Shown in pieces: positions 9,453 through 19,675 of a stretch of DNA of 64,000 bases; position 1 is the first letter of the stretch; each line of letters starts with the position of its first letter. The notes below the pieces were generated by a model. That model saw only the letters and a list, made by a program, of their open reading frames with translations, had not been told where the DNA came from and did not search any database. A program made the position numbers and the translations under genes. The stretch is from Chlamydiia bacterium (GTDB lineage Bacteria > Chlamydiota > Chlamydiia > Chlamydiales > Rhabdochlamydiaceae): the NCBI GenBank assembly GCA_021324995.1, contig JAJPIB010000032.1, positions 3,671 to 67,670 on the forward strand, in the 5' to 3' direction.

Positions 9453-10276
9453 ACCAAAAAAGCTATTCCCCCTACCGTTCCCCCGTCTCACCCACAAAAG
9501 GGATGCTTAACCGTAAACCTCATTCTGCAGCAAAATCAGTAGTTTCAGGGCTTAAACCGCTGTTAAAAGCAGAGCGTCTTTTTAAAGCCTATAGCGGCAA
9601 ATCCGTCGTCAGTGGATTGACTCTGGAAGTGGGAAAGGGGGAAGTCGTGGGTCTTCTTGGACCAAACGGAGCAGGAAAAACAACCGCCTTTTACATGACG
9701 ATCGGCCTGATCAAGCCAGATGCAGGAAAAGTCTTCTTCAATGGGCAAGATGTCACTCAACTCCCGATTGACAAACGCGCAAAAATGGGAATGGGATATC
9801 TCGCCCAAGAACCTTCTGTCTTTCGCCAACTCACCGTAGAAGACAATATTCTCTGCATCCTCGAGACATTGGACATCACCCCGGAAGAAAGACAAAACCG
9901 CTTGCAAAATCTCCTCGGAGAACTCCACCTTACCTCGCTTGCAAAAAAGAAAGCGAGCAGTCTCTCCGGAGGAGAGCGCAGGCGCCTAGAAATCACACGA
10001 GCCTTGATCATCCAGCCTTCTCTTTTGCTTCTCGATGAACCTTTTGCCAATATCGATCCGATTGCCGTCAACGACGTTAAAACCATGATCCGCCATCTCA
10101 AGAGCAAGGGGATCAGCGTTCTGATTACCGATCACAACGCGCGTGAAATTTTTACCATCGTCGATCGCAGTTATCTCGTCCGAGATGGCAAAGTTCTGAT
10201 GTCGGGCACAGTCCATGAGCTCCTCGAAAACCCCGAAGCCCGTGCCTCTTATTTTGGCGAAAATTTCAAACTTTGA
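9449..10276 (+). CDS. lptB: LPS export ABC transporter ATP-binding protein
   Basis: Walker A GPNGAGKTT, signature LSGGERRRLEI, Walker B LLLDEPF, and an LptB-like C-terminus. The first ~18-35 codons may be an over-extension; an alternative Met lies at 9503. Confidence 0.9.
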   Translation: MNQKSYSPYRSPVSPTKGMLNRKPHSAAKSVVSGLKPLLKAERLFKAYSGKSVVSGLTLEVGKGEVVGLLGPNGAGKTTAFYMTIGLIKPDAGKVFFNGQDVTQLPIDKRAKMGMGYLAQEPSVFRQLTVEDNILCILETLDITPEERQNRLQNLLGELHLTSLAKKKASSLSGGERRRLEITRALIIQPSLLLLDEPFANIDPIAVNDVKTMIRHLKSKGISVLITDHNAREIFTIVDRSYLVRDGKVLMSGTVHELLENPEARASYFGENFKL

Positions 10277-10285
10277 TGGACAATT

Positions 10286-10705
10286 ATGGCTCAAAAAGTC
10301 ACTGCGCCCAATCCATTAACACCTCCGCATTTTTTAACTTTACAAGGACAGGCTATACCCTTAAAGCAGATCTGTTTTGCTTCCTTTGAAGATCCTTTGC
10401 CTGTTCCTCCCTCGTTTGAGAGTCAAAAAAGAGCCATCGAACGGTTTGTCGGTTTCCGGAATTGGCAGAGCACAGGCGATGTTGAAGAGGCAAAGAGAAG
10501 AGTGGTGGAATGCGTCTTAAAACAAAGAAAGATTCTAGATTTAAGCGGACTCGGCCTATCTCCTTTTTCCAGCAACATGCTGAAACATCTGGATTTCCTA
10601 GGAACCTTTATCTGTGACGATGCCAATGATTCACCGGGAAAGCTCCCGGATTACTTTCTTGAAAGAGAGTGGACAATCCTATTCATCCACGAAAGCAAGC
10701 GCTGA
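10286..10705 (+). CDS. Hypothetical protein resembling the N-terminal cap of LRR effectors
   Basis: FRNWQSTGDVEEAKRRVVECVLKQRKILDLSGLGLSPF resembles the W..W...E.R..A..R...C......L.LS.LGL..LP lead-in of IpaH/SspH/YopM-type LRR proteins. Only 139 aa long. Confidence 0.4.
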   Translation: MAQKVTAPNPLTPPHFLTLQGQAIPLKQICFASFEDPLPVPPSFESQKRAIERFVGFRNWQSTGDVEEAKRRVVECVLKQRKILDLSGLGLSPFSSNMLKHLDFLGTFICDDANDSPGKLPDYFLEREWTILFIHESKR

Positions 10706-11815
10706 TCTCTGCATCAGCACTTCATCGAGCGCTGCAAGGATTGCATTTTGAGGAATGCGATAGAGACAGTCGCTCATTTTGCTTCCCCCGCATCCATCCT
10801 GATAGCAAGGGCGACAAGAAAGCGCTTGTGCAACTACCTTAGCTCTAGGATGCATCCAAGGCCCCCAATTTTGCTCCGATGTCGGCCCAAACAGAACAAC
10901 GACAGGCGTCTTTGTCGCAGAAGCGATATGGAGTGGAACAGAATCGACACAGAGAAGTGCTTTGCTCATCTGGATCAGCGCAGAGAGCTCCTTAAGAGTC
11001 ATTTTACCCGCGAGATTGAGAATAGGGATTTCAGGAACTAAAGATAAAATTTCCCGAACCATTGCCATTTCTTGCTCATCGGGTCCTGCGGACATCACCA
11101 GACGCATTCCTCTCGCATGAAGCGTTGAAACCAATGCTGCAACCTGTTTTGGAGAAAGGCATTTAAACCTCCATCGTGAAACGGGATGGATCAAGATGTA
11201 ATTCCCCGGCCTAATTTCTTCAGGCTCTAACCACGACAGGACTTTGCTCCGAGCTTCATCGGGAATGTGCAAAGATAAGTCTCTCTCTTCAATTGAAGGA
11301 AAAATTCCCATGCGGCGAAGCACATCGAGTTGTCGCTCGACCGTATGTCTGGGGTGTGGACATGGCTTAACAACATGAGTAAAGGCTTTGCGCTTTGCAA
11401 AAAAGCCTGAACCCTTAGGATCAAATCCAACGCGGTATCTAGCCTTTGAAACGGTAGCAGCGAGGGCCCCGCGATCCCCTTCCGTCAAATTGATCACGAG
11501 ATCATATCCTTTCGAGCGGATGCTCTGAATCAAGCAGAGTTCTTTGCCTATTTTCTTAAAAAAAGGAAGCTTCTTCCACCCTCGGTCGTACAGAAGATAA
11601 TCACTAATCGCGGGGTGTCCCTCAAGCATCGGCAGAGTGTCTTTATAAATGAAAGCATCGATCTGAACGTTGGGAATTGCCTTTTTCAAATTGCTAAACA
11701 ACGGAGAAGTGAGCAGGACATCGCCGTGATGCCGCATTTTAATGACAAGGATTTTCTTGATTAAGGAGAGGTCGGGATAATTGCCGTAGGTCATGATTAA
11801 CCTATTCATGTTCAA
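10679..11815 (-). CDS. Glycosyltransferase family 9 (LPS heptosyltransferase-like)
   Basis: The N-terminal ILVIKMRHHGDVLLTSPLFSNLKKAIPNVQIDAF is typical of GT9. The size (378 aa) and the neighbouring LPS genes are consistent with this call. Confidence 0.8.
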   Translation of the reverse strand: MNMNRLIMTYGNYPDLSLIKKILVIKMRHHGDVLLTSPLFSNLKKAIPNVQIDAFIYKDTLPMLEGHPAISDYLLYDRGWKKLPFFKKIGKELCLIQSIRSKGYDLVINLTEGDRGALAATVSKARYRVGFDPKGSGFFAKRKAFTHVVKPCPHPRHTVERQLDVLRRMGIFPSIEERDLSLHIPDEARSKVLSWLEPEEIRPGNYILIHPVSRWRFKCLSPKQVAALVSTLHARGMRLVMSAGPDEQEMAMVREILSLVPEIPILNLAGKMTLKELSALIQMSKALLCVDSVPLHIASATKTPVVVLFGPTSEQNWGPWMHPRAKVVAQALSCRPCYQDGCGGSKMSDCLYRIPQNAILAALDEVLMQRSALAFVDE

Positions 11816-11847
11816 GGAGAGAGGGTTAATTTATTTTTTAGCAAGGC

Positions 11848-12009
11848 TATGCCCAACGTAATTGAAAATTTGGATTTAAGACCGAGCCAAAGCCTCGGGA
11901 TTGGACGATTGAATCTAGGTCCTATTTCTAATAGGGGCTAGATTCAATCGCGCCAATCGTGGGAGCTTTCGCTTCGGTCCTAACCAAATTTTCAGTCACA
12001 TTGGGTATA
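11848..12009. mobile_element. MITE-like palindromic element, subfamily A (with flanking TA)
   Basis: Arms of ~45 bp are inverted repeats: ...caacgtaattgaaaatttggatttaagaccgagccaaagcc... versus the reverse complement of ...ggagctttcgcttcggtcctaaccaaattttcagtcacattggg. The core is a nested palindrome. TA lies on both flanks. A second copy is at 51234-51397. Confidence 0.8.
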
Positions 12010-12099
12010 GAGATTTTTGCATTGCTGTGGAAAATTTACCATCGAGTTTAATTTAGCAGAATCTTATAATTAACTGCTTTCACAATTGGAGATTTTAAC

Positions 12100-12525
12100 A
12101 TGCCAAAAGAACAAACACTTTCCATCATCAAACCGGACGCGGTCTCTGGTAACCACATTGGAGCTATTCTTTCCCGCTTTGAGAAAAATGGCCTTAAGAT
12201 TGTCGCAGCAAAGATGCTCCATATGACGACAGAGCAAGCCAAAGCTTTCTACGCCGTGCATGCCCATCGGCCTTTCTTTCAAGAACTCGTCGCTTTCATG
12301 ATCGAGGGACCTGTTCTCGTTTCTGTCCTCGAAGGAGAAAATGCTGTCATGAAAAATCGGGAGCTGATGGGAGCAACTAATCCTAAGGAAGCGGCTCCGG
12401 GAACAATCCGCGCCGACTTTGCTAAATCGATCGACAAAAACGCTGTTCACGGTTCAGACAGCGTTGAAAATGCGAAAAACGAAATCGTCTTCTTCTTCAA
12501 ACAGCAAGATATCTTTTCCCGCTAG
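12100..12525 (+). CDS. ndk: Nucleoside diphosphate kinase
   Basis: [10 protein letters not shown] at the N-terminus and the active-site motif NAVHGSDS. 141 aa. Confidence 0.95.
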   Translation: MPKEQTLSIIKPDAVSGNHIGAILSRFEKNGLKIVAAKMLHMTTEQAKAFYAVHAHRPFFQELVAFMIEGPVLVSVLEGENAVMKNRELMGATNPKEAAPGTIRADFAKSIDKNAVHGSDSVENAKNEIVFFFKQQDIFSR

Positions 12526-12540
12526 AATTTTTCCTTTCAT

Positions 12541-12575
12541 TTGCTTGTGGAACCTTTCCGCAAGCAAAGTTTTCT
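12541..12575 (+). terminator. Rho-independent terminator downstream of ndk
   Basis: Stem ttgcttgtgg / ccgcaagcaa (10 bp including one G-U pair), a 7-nt loop, then agttttct. Confidence 0.6.
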
Positions 12576-12615
12576 ATGAGCCTATCTCAGTAAAAAGTTT
12601 CAGTCAATTTTCGGG

Positions 12616-13226
12616 TTATTTGGCATCAAGGATCAGTGTCACTGGGCCATCGTTGACAAGGCTGACCTGCATTTTCGCACCAAAAATTCCGGTCTGCACT
12701 TTCAGCTTTTGAGCGGATACGTCTAAAATGAATTTTTCGTAGAGTTCTTTATACCGAAAATGATTCAAGAATCGGTTTTGGCTGCGCCTGCATCCCAGAC
12801 TTTCGATCTGTAAAAAGTGCCCCTATTTCTAATAGGAAGCACTTTTTAAACCGGTTTCACCTGATCAAAATTCTGGGCGCATGCTTTGCCAAAAACCGAT
12901 TCTTGAATCATTTTCGGTATAGCCATTTTCGGAGGTGCGGATTCTGTAAATGCGGGGCGCCTGCCCTCAGAGCAATTTCCGTAAAGAGTGAACTGGGAAA
13001 CAATCAATACCTCTCCCTGGATGTCGAGAAGAGATAAGTTCATCTTTTCGTCCGCATCCGCAAAAATGCGGAGCTGAGTAAGCTTATTCGCTAGCCAAAG
13101 TGTTTGCTGGGGGACATCATTTTTATGCACAGCGAAGAGCACAAGTGCCCCTTTTCCAATCGAACCGACAGCCTTTCCATCGACTTCGACCTTAGCATTT
13201 GTAACTCTTTGGATAACGATCCGCAT
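12616..13226 (-). pseudogene. dtd: D-aminoacyl-tRNA deacylase gene split by a 168-bp MITE
   Basis: The 5' part (13226 to 12922) encodes MRIVIQRV...SQFTLYG...RRPAFTESAPPKMA. The 3' part (12750 to 12616) encodes [44 protein letters not shown]. Joined, they give a normal 146-aa Dtd. The annotated 126-aa ORF ends in element-encoded residues [24 protein letters not shown]. Confidence 0.85.
12752..12919. mobile_element. MITE-like palindromic element, subfamily B, inserted in dtd
   Basis: Terminal inverted repeats taccgaaaatgattcaagaatcggttttggc ... gccaaaaaccgattcttgaatcattttcggta. TA dinucleotides lie at 12750-12751 and 12920-12921. Removing the element plus one TA restores ATG GCT AAA GAA. Confidence 0.85.
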
Positions 13227-13227
13227 C

Positions 13228-15036
13228 TTATTGCAAGAGATTTAATCGAGATTTTAACAGATCGAGCTCTTCCCGAATTTCTTCAGGGAGATGCTCTCCG
13301 AAAAAGGAGAAATAAGATTCTAGCTCTTCGACTTCCTTTTGCCAGCCTTCGCATTGGAAAAGCTGCGCAAACTTTTCTTCAGGGATGTCTAAGTTCGAAA
13401 GATCGAAGCTTTCCTTGGTAGGAAGGTAGCCGATGGGAGAAAGTTGCGCAGGTGCTGCTTGCTCGCACCTTTCAAAAATCCATTTCAGAACACGTATATT
13501 TTCTCCAAAACCCGGCCAAAGAAATTTTCCATCCACATCTTTTCTAAACCAGTTAACACTATAAATGCGGGGAAGTTTTTTTCTTTTGTCCGCACCCATA
13601 TTTAACCAGTGGGCAAAATAATCTCCCATGTTGTAGCCGCAAAAGGGAAGCATTGCAAAGGGATCATGGCGCAGCTTTCCGATTTCTCCTGCCGCCGCAG
13701 CTGTCATTTCAGAAGAAATAGAAGCGCCTAAAAAAACTCCATGCTCCCACGAAAGGGCCTCCGCAACAAGGGGCACAACCGCCGCTCTTCTCCCGCCAAA
13801 AATAATTGCTGAGATGGGAACCCCACTGGGGGTTTCGTAATTGAGATCGAGGACTGGACATTGGATACTAGGCGTTGTAAATCTCCCGTTGGGATGAGCG
13901 GCTTTTCGCCCGCAATCGGGCGTCCATTCCTTTCCTGTCCAATCGATTAAATGGGAAGGGGGTTCTCGAGTCATTCCTTCCCACCATACATCGCCATCAT
14001 CAGTGAGAGCGACATTGGTAAAAATGGAATTGCGCGCGATCGTCTGCATGGCATTCGGATTGGAGTCAAATGAGGTACCTGGAGCGACCCCAAAAAAACC
14101 TGCTTCTGGATTGATCGCGTAAAGCTGGCCGTCTTTACCGAATCGCATCCACGCGATATCATCGCCGACGCATTCCACTTTCCAACCTTTGAGAGTTGGC
14201 ATAAGCATGGCGAGATTGGTTTTCCCGCAAGCACTGGGGAAAGCAGCAGCGATGTACTTTTTTTTGCCTTCTGGACTTGTGACTGCCATGATCAGCATAT
14301 GCTCAGCAAGCCAGCCTTCATCTCTTGCCATGACAGAAGCAATGCGTAAAGCGAAGCTCTTTTTGCCTAAGAGAGCATTGCCGCCATAGCCACTTCCAAA
14401 CGACCAGATGCTTCTTTCTTCAGGAAAATGGACGATATATTTCTCATCTGGAGAACAGGGCCAGGGCACATCTTTTTTTCCCTTGGTTAAGGGGAAGCCC
14501 ACGCTGTGCATGCAAGGGACAAAATCATTTGGGCCAAGCGCTTCGAGAACTTTTTTCCCGACGTGCGTCATGATATGCATATTGCAGACGACATAGGCAG
14601 AATCTGTGATTTCAACGCCGATATGGCTCAAAGAAGAACCGATTGGACCCATGCAGTAAGGGATGATGTACATTGTTCTTCCCTGCATGCAGCCGGCAAA
14701 CTTTGTTTTGAGCAGGGCGTGCATTTCATCGGGATCGCGCCAATTATTTGTAGGGCCAGCGTCCTCTTTAGATTTTGAACAGATGAATGTCGCCTCTTCG
14801 ACGCGCGCAACGTCGGCTGGGCATGAACGGCACAAAAAAGAGTGGGGACGTTTTTGCTCATTCAGGGGGATAAATATTCCGCTGCTCACGAGCTTATCGC
14901 AGAGTGCATCGTATTCTTCCTGGGAGCCATCGCAAAAATGCACTGCGTCAGGTTCACACAATTGAACGGCTTCTTCGATCCAAGAAGTAAGACGTTTGTT
15001 TTGTGTCCATTCAGGAGGGAAATTGATTGAAGCCAT
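13228..15036 (-). CDS. pckG: Phosphoenolpyruvate carboxykinase (GTP)
   Basis: 602 aa with [13 protein letters not shown] (kinase-1a), [10 protein letters not shown] and WMRFG motifs typical of GTP-dependent PEPCK. Confidence 0.95.
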   Translation of the reverse strand: MASINFPPEWTQNKRLTSWIEEAVQLCEPDAVHFCDGSQEEYDALCDKLVSSGIFIPLNEQKRPHSFLCRSCPADVARVEEATFICSKSKEDAGPTNNWRDPDEMHALLKTKFAGCMQGRTMYIIPYCMGPIGSSLSHIGVEITDSAYVVCNMHIMTHVGKKVLEALGPNDFVPCMHSVGFPLTKGKKDVPWPCSPDEKYIVHFPEERSIWSFGSGYGGNALLGKKSFALRIASVMARDEGWLAEHMLIMAVTSPEGKKKYIAAAFPSACGKTNLAMLMPTLKGWKVECVGDDIAWMRFGKDGQLYAINPEAGFFGVAPGTSFDSNPNAMQTIARNSIFTNVALTDDGDVWWEGMTREPPSHLIDWTGKEWTPDCGRKAAHPNGRFTTPSIQCPVLDLNYETPSGVPISAIIFGGRRAAVVPLVAEALSWEHGVFLGASISSEMTAAAAGEIGKLRHDPFAMLPFCGYNMGDYFAHWLNMGADKRKKLPRIYSVNWFRKDVDGKFLWPGFGENIRVLKWIFERCEQAAPAQLSPIGYLPTKESFDLSNLDIPEEKFAQLFQCEGWQKEVEELESYFSFFGEHLPEEIREELDLLKSRLNLLQ

Positions 15037-15039
15037 GAC

Positions 15040-16140
15040 TTAATGCGCAGACAAACTCTTGCGCCTCTTAAACTTATCCAAATATTCTAATGCTTTGCCT
15101 GTCCCTAAGCACACGGCGAGAAGAGGATTTGGAGCGATGATCACAGGAAGGCCGGATTCTTTGATCAATGCTTTATCCAGACCTTTGATCAACGCGCCTC
15201 CTCCTGCAAGAACCATTCCACGCTCGACAAGATCGGCAGCAAGTTCCGGAGGACATTTTTCTAAAGCAAGTTTGACGCTCTCTACAATTTGCTGGATAGG
15301 CTCAGCTAGACACTCTCGAATTTCAACAGAATTAATGCGTTTTGTGATCGGAAGTCCAGCCACCTGGTCGCGGCCACGCACTTCCATTTCAAGTTCATGC
15401 TCTCCAAGTGGATAAGCAGAACCGATCGTCATTTTGATCTCTTCTGCCGTCCTTGGGCCGATCATGAGGTTGTAGGTACGGCGCATGTAATTCACAATGC
15501 ATTCGTCGAACTCATCTCCAGCGATACGGAGCGAACGAGACTCTACGATGCCCCCCAAAGAGATGATCGCAATCTCTGTGGTTCCGCCGCCGATATCGAT
15601 AATCATGTTAGCGGAGGGCTCGTGAACGGGCAGATCTGCGCCAATGGCGGCTGCCATCGGTTCTTCAATCAAAAGAACCTCTTGAGCGCCTGCTCTGAGG
15701 GCAGAATCTTCTACTGCGCGTTTCTCTACCCCTGTGATCCCTGAAGGAACCGCGATTAAAATTTTGGGGCGGAACAAACTCCGCGCAGGAGTCACTCTCT
15801 TGAGGAGAGCCTTGATCATTCCTTCAGCAATCTCAAAATCAGCGATTACGCCATCTTTCATCGGACGGACCGCATGAATCTTGCGCGGCGTTTTTCCCAG
15901 CATCGCTTTTGCCTTATGGCCAACCGCCAGGACTTCATTGCTTGAAGAATCCACAGCGACAACAGAAGGTTCTGCAAGAACAATCCCCTTACCGCGAACG
16001 TAGACAAGAGTATTCGCAGTTCCAAGGTCGATTCCAATATCATTCGAGAAAATACCTGAAACTTGGCCGAACTTATCGAACATGCGACGGCCGAGTTTAT
16101 CAAAGATTTGTTTCAGATTATGCTGATTTGATGACGCCAT
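15040..16140 (-). CDS. mreB: Rod-shape/cell-division actin homolog MreB
   Basis: [19 protein letters not shown] and [10 protein letters not shown] motifs. 366 aa. Confidence 0.95.
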   Translation of the reverse strand: MASSNQHNLKQIFDKLGRRMFDKFGQVSGIFSNDIGIDLGTANTLVYVRGKGIVLAEPSVVAVDSSSNEVLAVGHKAKAMLGKTPRKIHAVRPMKDGVIADFEIAEGMIKALLKRVTPARSLFRPKILIAVPSGITGVEKRAVEDSALRAGAQEVLLIEEPMAAAIGADLPVHEPSANMIIDIGGGTTEIAIISLGGIVESRSLRIAGDEFDECIVNYMRRTYNLMIGPRTAEEIKMTIGSAYPLGEHELEMEVRGRDQVAGLPITKRINSVEIRECLAEPIQQIVESVKLALEKCPPELAADLVERGMVLAGGGALIKGLDKALIKESGLPVIIAPNPLLAVCLGTGKALEYLDKFKRRKSLSAH

Positions 16141-16183
16141 AGCCCATTTATTTTACATTTTTGCTGATGTACAAAGTCAAGTT

Positions 16184-19100
16184 TTAAGTCTTTAAAAGCT
16201 CTAATACATCTTCCCAAGTAAGTTTGGCAATAGCTTCATCATCGCAGCTCACGACTTTCTTGACCAACCCTTTTTTCCTCTTTTGCATCTCGGCAATCTT
16301 TTCTTCAATTGTATTTAAAGTAATTAACTTGTAAGCCGACACAGAATTTTTCTGTCCAAGGCGGTGAACGCGATCTGTCGCCTGACTCTCAACCGCGGGG
16401 TTCCACCACATATCGTAATGGATCACGGTATCCGCCCCGACGAGGTTGAGTCCCGTTCCGCCTGCTTTTAGAGAAACTAAGAAGACAGGAATCGCTTCAT
16501 CTTCATTAAATTGTTTAACAACATCGAGACGGTTTTTGCTCGAGCCATCGAGATAAGCAAAACGGATTCCTCTCGCTTCAAAATCCTCCCTCATGATCTG
16601 AAGCATGCGGGTGTATTGTGAGAAAATGACCGTTTTATGTTTCCCTTCAATCAGAGTTTGCAAAAGATCGAGCAGCATCTCATACTTTGCAGAATCACCG
16701 GGTTCCGCCTTTTCTTTCGCGAAGATCGCTGGGTGACAGCAGATCTGCTTAAGTCGCGTGAGAGTGGCTAGAACATGGATTTGAACGCGGTCAAATCCGT
16801 CGCGCTGAACCAACTTGACGAGTTCATCTCTTGCAGACTGCGCATAAGAGCGATACAGCTCCTGCTGAACATCGGTGAGCTGACAGCGGTAGATCAGTTC
16901 AGAAACAGGAGGCAGATCGTCAAGCACATCTGCTTTCATTCTGCGCAAAATAAACGGAGAGACTTTCTTTCGGAGATAATCGAGGTTTTTTGTTTGCTCC
17001 TTTCCTGATACGCGGATGTATTTCTCCAAGAAACGGTCGAAAGTCCCCAAAAAACTAGGCATGAGGAAGTCGAATAAACTCCATAACTCATCAAGTGAGT
17101 TCTCAATGGGCGTACCAGAGAGAATCAGTCGATGCTCAGCCTGGACCATTTTGACCGATTTTGCGTTCCGCGTTCCACGGTTCTTAATATGTTGAGCTTC
17201 GTCAAGAATGACATAGCTGAAGTTGATCGGCTTATAATGCTCAATGTCTTTTTGAAGAAGCGTATAAGAAGTCACCATCACATCAAAATTGCGCGCTTGC
17301 TCAATTATTTTTTTGCGATTTGTGGGGATCCCGTCGACAACAGTCACTCTGACTTTAGGATTGAACTTGGCGAATTCTTCCTTCCAGTTGTAAAGAAGAG
17401 ATGTTGGGCAAACGATGAGAGCTTTACTCGACTTCTGGGCCATCACCTGGGTTAAGGCCACGATTGCTTGAAGCGTTTTCCCAAGTCCCATGTCATCTGC
17501 TAAAATTCCATTGAGGTACATCATGCGCAGTCTTTCTATCCAACGAATTCCTTCGATCTGGTAGGCGCGCAAAGTCGCTTTAACCTCTTTCGGCACCTCT
17601 GTAAAGGTGAGCTGTTTTTCGCCAAGCATCTGCTTGCGGATTTCGATCAGCTTTTCCGTCATTGAAAACTTGACCGGCAATCCCTCGAACTGAGAGGCGT
17701 CGATATTTGCTAAACTCCAAAGCGGTCGCTCAATCTTATTATTTTCAAGCAGCTCGATACCCATCTCATCAAACAGTTGAATCACTCCCCCCAACCGATC
17801 GAGATCGAGGACGAGAATTTTTGGCATTTTACTGCCTTCACTCACCTTCTTTGCCTTAGATTTAGGAGACTCCAGCTCAATGAAAGAACGCTTAGCACCT
17901 AAGCACTCCCAAAGCTGATCGACGCGAACCCCTTTCAGCGCGCCATCGATGATAAGTTCAATTTCGTAAGTATCGATGCGAGAGGTATGACTTAGCTTCA
18001 AAGTGAAATTTGTCTGATCATAGATAAACTGATCGAGAAGATTTTGTGGACAGTTGAATGTGACGCGATGCTGATTCCGTGGAATCGTATCGGTCATGAA
18101 TTCGACAATCTTTTTCTCAGATTTGGAAACATAAATCGACGCTTCAGCATTGAAAAGAAAATCCTGAAAAAGATCTTCAAGGATCTGTCTCTCCTCGACA
18201 AGATTGCGAGCCAAAATCCCCTGGTCCGTCACGAAAGAGGCTACATTTTCATAGGCAAGCTTAGCGATAGCGGAAGGAATTTTATTTCCATCATAAACAA
18301 AATAAAGGCTGGCATCGAGCTCTCCATCGAGATAAGAGATGTCGCACACGGCTTCGACATTGCCAACAAACGGCAGCGTTACGAAATCTTCTATCGCTTC
18401 TAGGTTTGCAACTTCTGCAAATTTTGCAAGTTGAGGTAAGGAATTTTCAACAAACGTTCCAAAAAGTGGCTCTGGAATCGTCATATCGCGAATTTGTCGC
18501 AAATTGCGCAAATGCACGCGTGTGATATTTTCCGAAAACTTATAGTAAGCCGTTTTGAAAAGCATTCCGGGACTTGCGCACTCAAAAAAACGCACTTCTT
18601 CCAAAGTAACAGCATCTTCGCCGATCAGAAGATGGGGATTGATTAAGATTTTAGACGTAGGTGGCTTGATATATTCCAAGGAAAAGCGCAATCGTGTGAG
18701 CACTGGAGAAAACCGCAAAGGAGTCTCCATTGTCCCCTCATAAATACCAGGCAACTGGGGAAGGTCGTCGTCTTGAGCAACAAATCCTTGTTTGATGAAT
18801 TGCTGAGAAGCGATTTCAAAAGACTTGGCGAGCACCATACCAAACGTCTCTAAATCGAGTCCCGCAACGCGCAATGACCGTTCAGAATTGGCATTTTCAT
18901 TAAATCTGGCTCCATCTCGGATCATTCGTACAATTTCTTGCTGTGTGGGGTCAAACGACTTCAAGGAAAAACAGTACTTTTTACCCCCTATAAAGATTGA
19001 CTCTTCGTAGCGAAGCGCGTCCATGAATGGCTTAATCTGAGGAATATAAAGAGGCTTTGAGCGAAAAGGCAGGCGTAGTGCAAGCTGAATCTCAACAATG

Positions 19101-19675
19101 CCCTTGCTATCGGTGTCGCTACTAGGATTAAAAATCAATGCAAAATCAGCACGATCGCACTCCTGCTTTTCATAATTGCGGAAAAAGGGAGAAGCGGCAA
19201 GGTGCTGAGAAGAAAAGACGTACTCCTGAAGCAGCTGCTTTTGATAATGTTCTTCCTGCCTTTGAACCTCTTTCGTCTCCGCTTCTTTAATTTTTTCCAG
19301 TAATTTTTTCTTCTCTTCTTTATCGATGACCGACTTCTCACCCATCTGCTTCAAGCCATTTTCTTTCGAAAAAGCGACAAGAATCTTATCAATATGTTCT
19401 TCGAGATAAAAAAGAACAGCGGCCAAGTGATGGCAGTCGTAATTGTATGGACAATCGCAATCAGAATCGATCGTTTGGCAATCGACTCGATCAATTTCAA
19501 TTTCACTCTCATAGCAATTATCAAATTGTCCTAAAACTTTCGCTGCAATGCGCATTGTTTTGGCATCGAGGTGCAAAAGTTTTGCAGAAACAACTTTTTG
19601 CTTATCGTAAAGATCCCGTCCTTCTTTAACGATGGATGAAGAAAAATCTTGCTTAAGCTTGCGAAAGTTCAACAT
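16184..19675 (-). CDS. SNF2-family helicase with N-terminal SWIM zinc finger
   Basis: SWIM motif CDCPYNYDCHHLAAVLF. Helicase motifs LADDMGLGKT (I), DEAQHIKN (II) and QATDRVHRLGQ (VI). 1163 aa. Confidence 0.9.
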   Translation of the reverse strand: MLNFRKLKQDFSSSIVKEGRDLYDKQKVVSAKLLHLDAKTMRIAAKVLGQFDNCYESEIEIDRVDCQTIDSDCDCPYNYDCHHLAAVLFYLEEHIDKILVAFSKENGLKQMGEKSVIDKEEKKKLLEKIKEAETKEVQRQEEHYQKQLLQEYVFSSQHLAASPFFRNYEKQECDRADFALIFNPSSDTDSKGIVEIQLALRLPFRSKPLYIPQIKPFMDALRYEESIFIGGKKYCFSLKSFDPTQQEIVRMIRDGARFNENANSERSLRVAGLDLETFGMVLAKSFEIASQQFIKQGFVAQDDDLPQLPGIYEGTMETPLRFSPVLTRLRFSLEYIKPPTSKILINPHLLIGEDAVTLEEVRFFECASPGMLFKTAYYKFSENITRVHLRNLRQIRDMTIPEPLFGTFVENSLPQLAKFAEVANLEAIEDFVTLPFVGNVEAVCDISYLDGELDASLYFVYDGNKIPSAIAKLAYENVASFVTDQGILARNLVEERQILEDLFQDFLFNAEASIYVSKSEKKIVEFMTDTIPRNQHRVTFNCPQNLLDQFIYDQTNFTLKLSHTSRIDTYEIELIIDGALKGVRVDQLWECLGAKRSFIELESPKSKAKKVSEGSKMPKILVLDLDRLGGVIQLFDEMGIELLENNKIERPLWSLANIDASQFEGLPVKFSMTEKLIEIRKQMLGEKQLTFTEVPKEVKATLRAYQIEGIRWIERLRMMYLNGILADDMGLGKTLQAIVALTQVMAQKSSKALIVCPTSLLYNWKEEFAKFNPKVRVTVVDGIPTNRKKIIEQARNFDVMVTSYTLLQKDIEHYKPINFSYVILDEAQHIKNRGTRNAKSVKMVQAEHRLILSGTPIENSLDELWSLFDFLMPSFLGTFDRFLEKYIRVSGKEQTKNLDYLRKKVSPFILRRMKADVLDDLPPVSELIYRCQLTDVQQELYRSYAQSARDELVKLVQRDGFDRVQIHVLATLTRLKQICCHPAIFAKEKAEPGDSAKYEMLLDLLQTLIEGKHKTVIFSQYTRMLQIMREDFEARGIRFAYLDGSSKNRLDVVKQFNEDEAIPVFLVSLKAGGTGLNLVGADTVIHYDMWWNPAVESQATDRVHRLGQKNSVSAYKLITLNTIEEKIAEMQKRKKGLVKKVVSCDDEAIAKLTWEDVLELLKT

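Noticed and set aside
9449-9560. N-terminal extension of LptB with the duplicated KSVVSGL heptapeptide as a functional domain
   Set aside because: It is more likely an over-extended start call (alternative Met at 9503). The repeated peptide is short and could be chance.
11848-12009. Interpreting the dispersed repeats as a CRISPR array or REP cluster
   Set aside because: The copies are single, dispersed over 50 kb, about 160 bp long, internally palindromic and TA-flanked. There is no regular repeat-spacer periodicity anywhere in the window.
12419-12712. 97-aa plus-strand ORF downstream of ndk
   Set aside because: It overlaps the ndk 3' end, crosses the ndk terminator hairpin and runs antisense to the dtd 3' fragment. 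It is a shadow ORF.
12846-13226. Treating the 126-aa ORF as an intact, short dtd gene
   Set aside because: Its last 24 codons are MITE sequence. The genuine Dtd C-terminus, including NDGPVT, is encoded separately at 12750-12616, so the locus is an interrupted gene.
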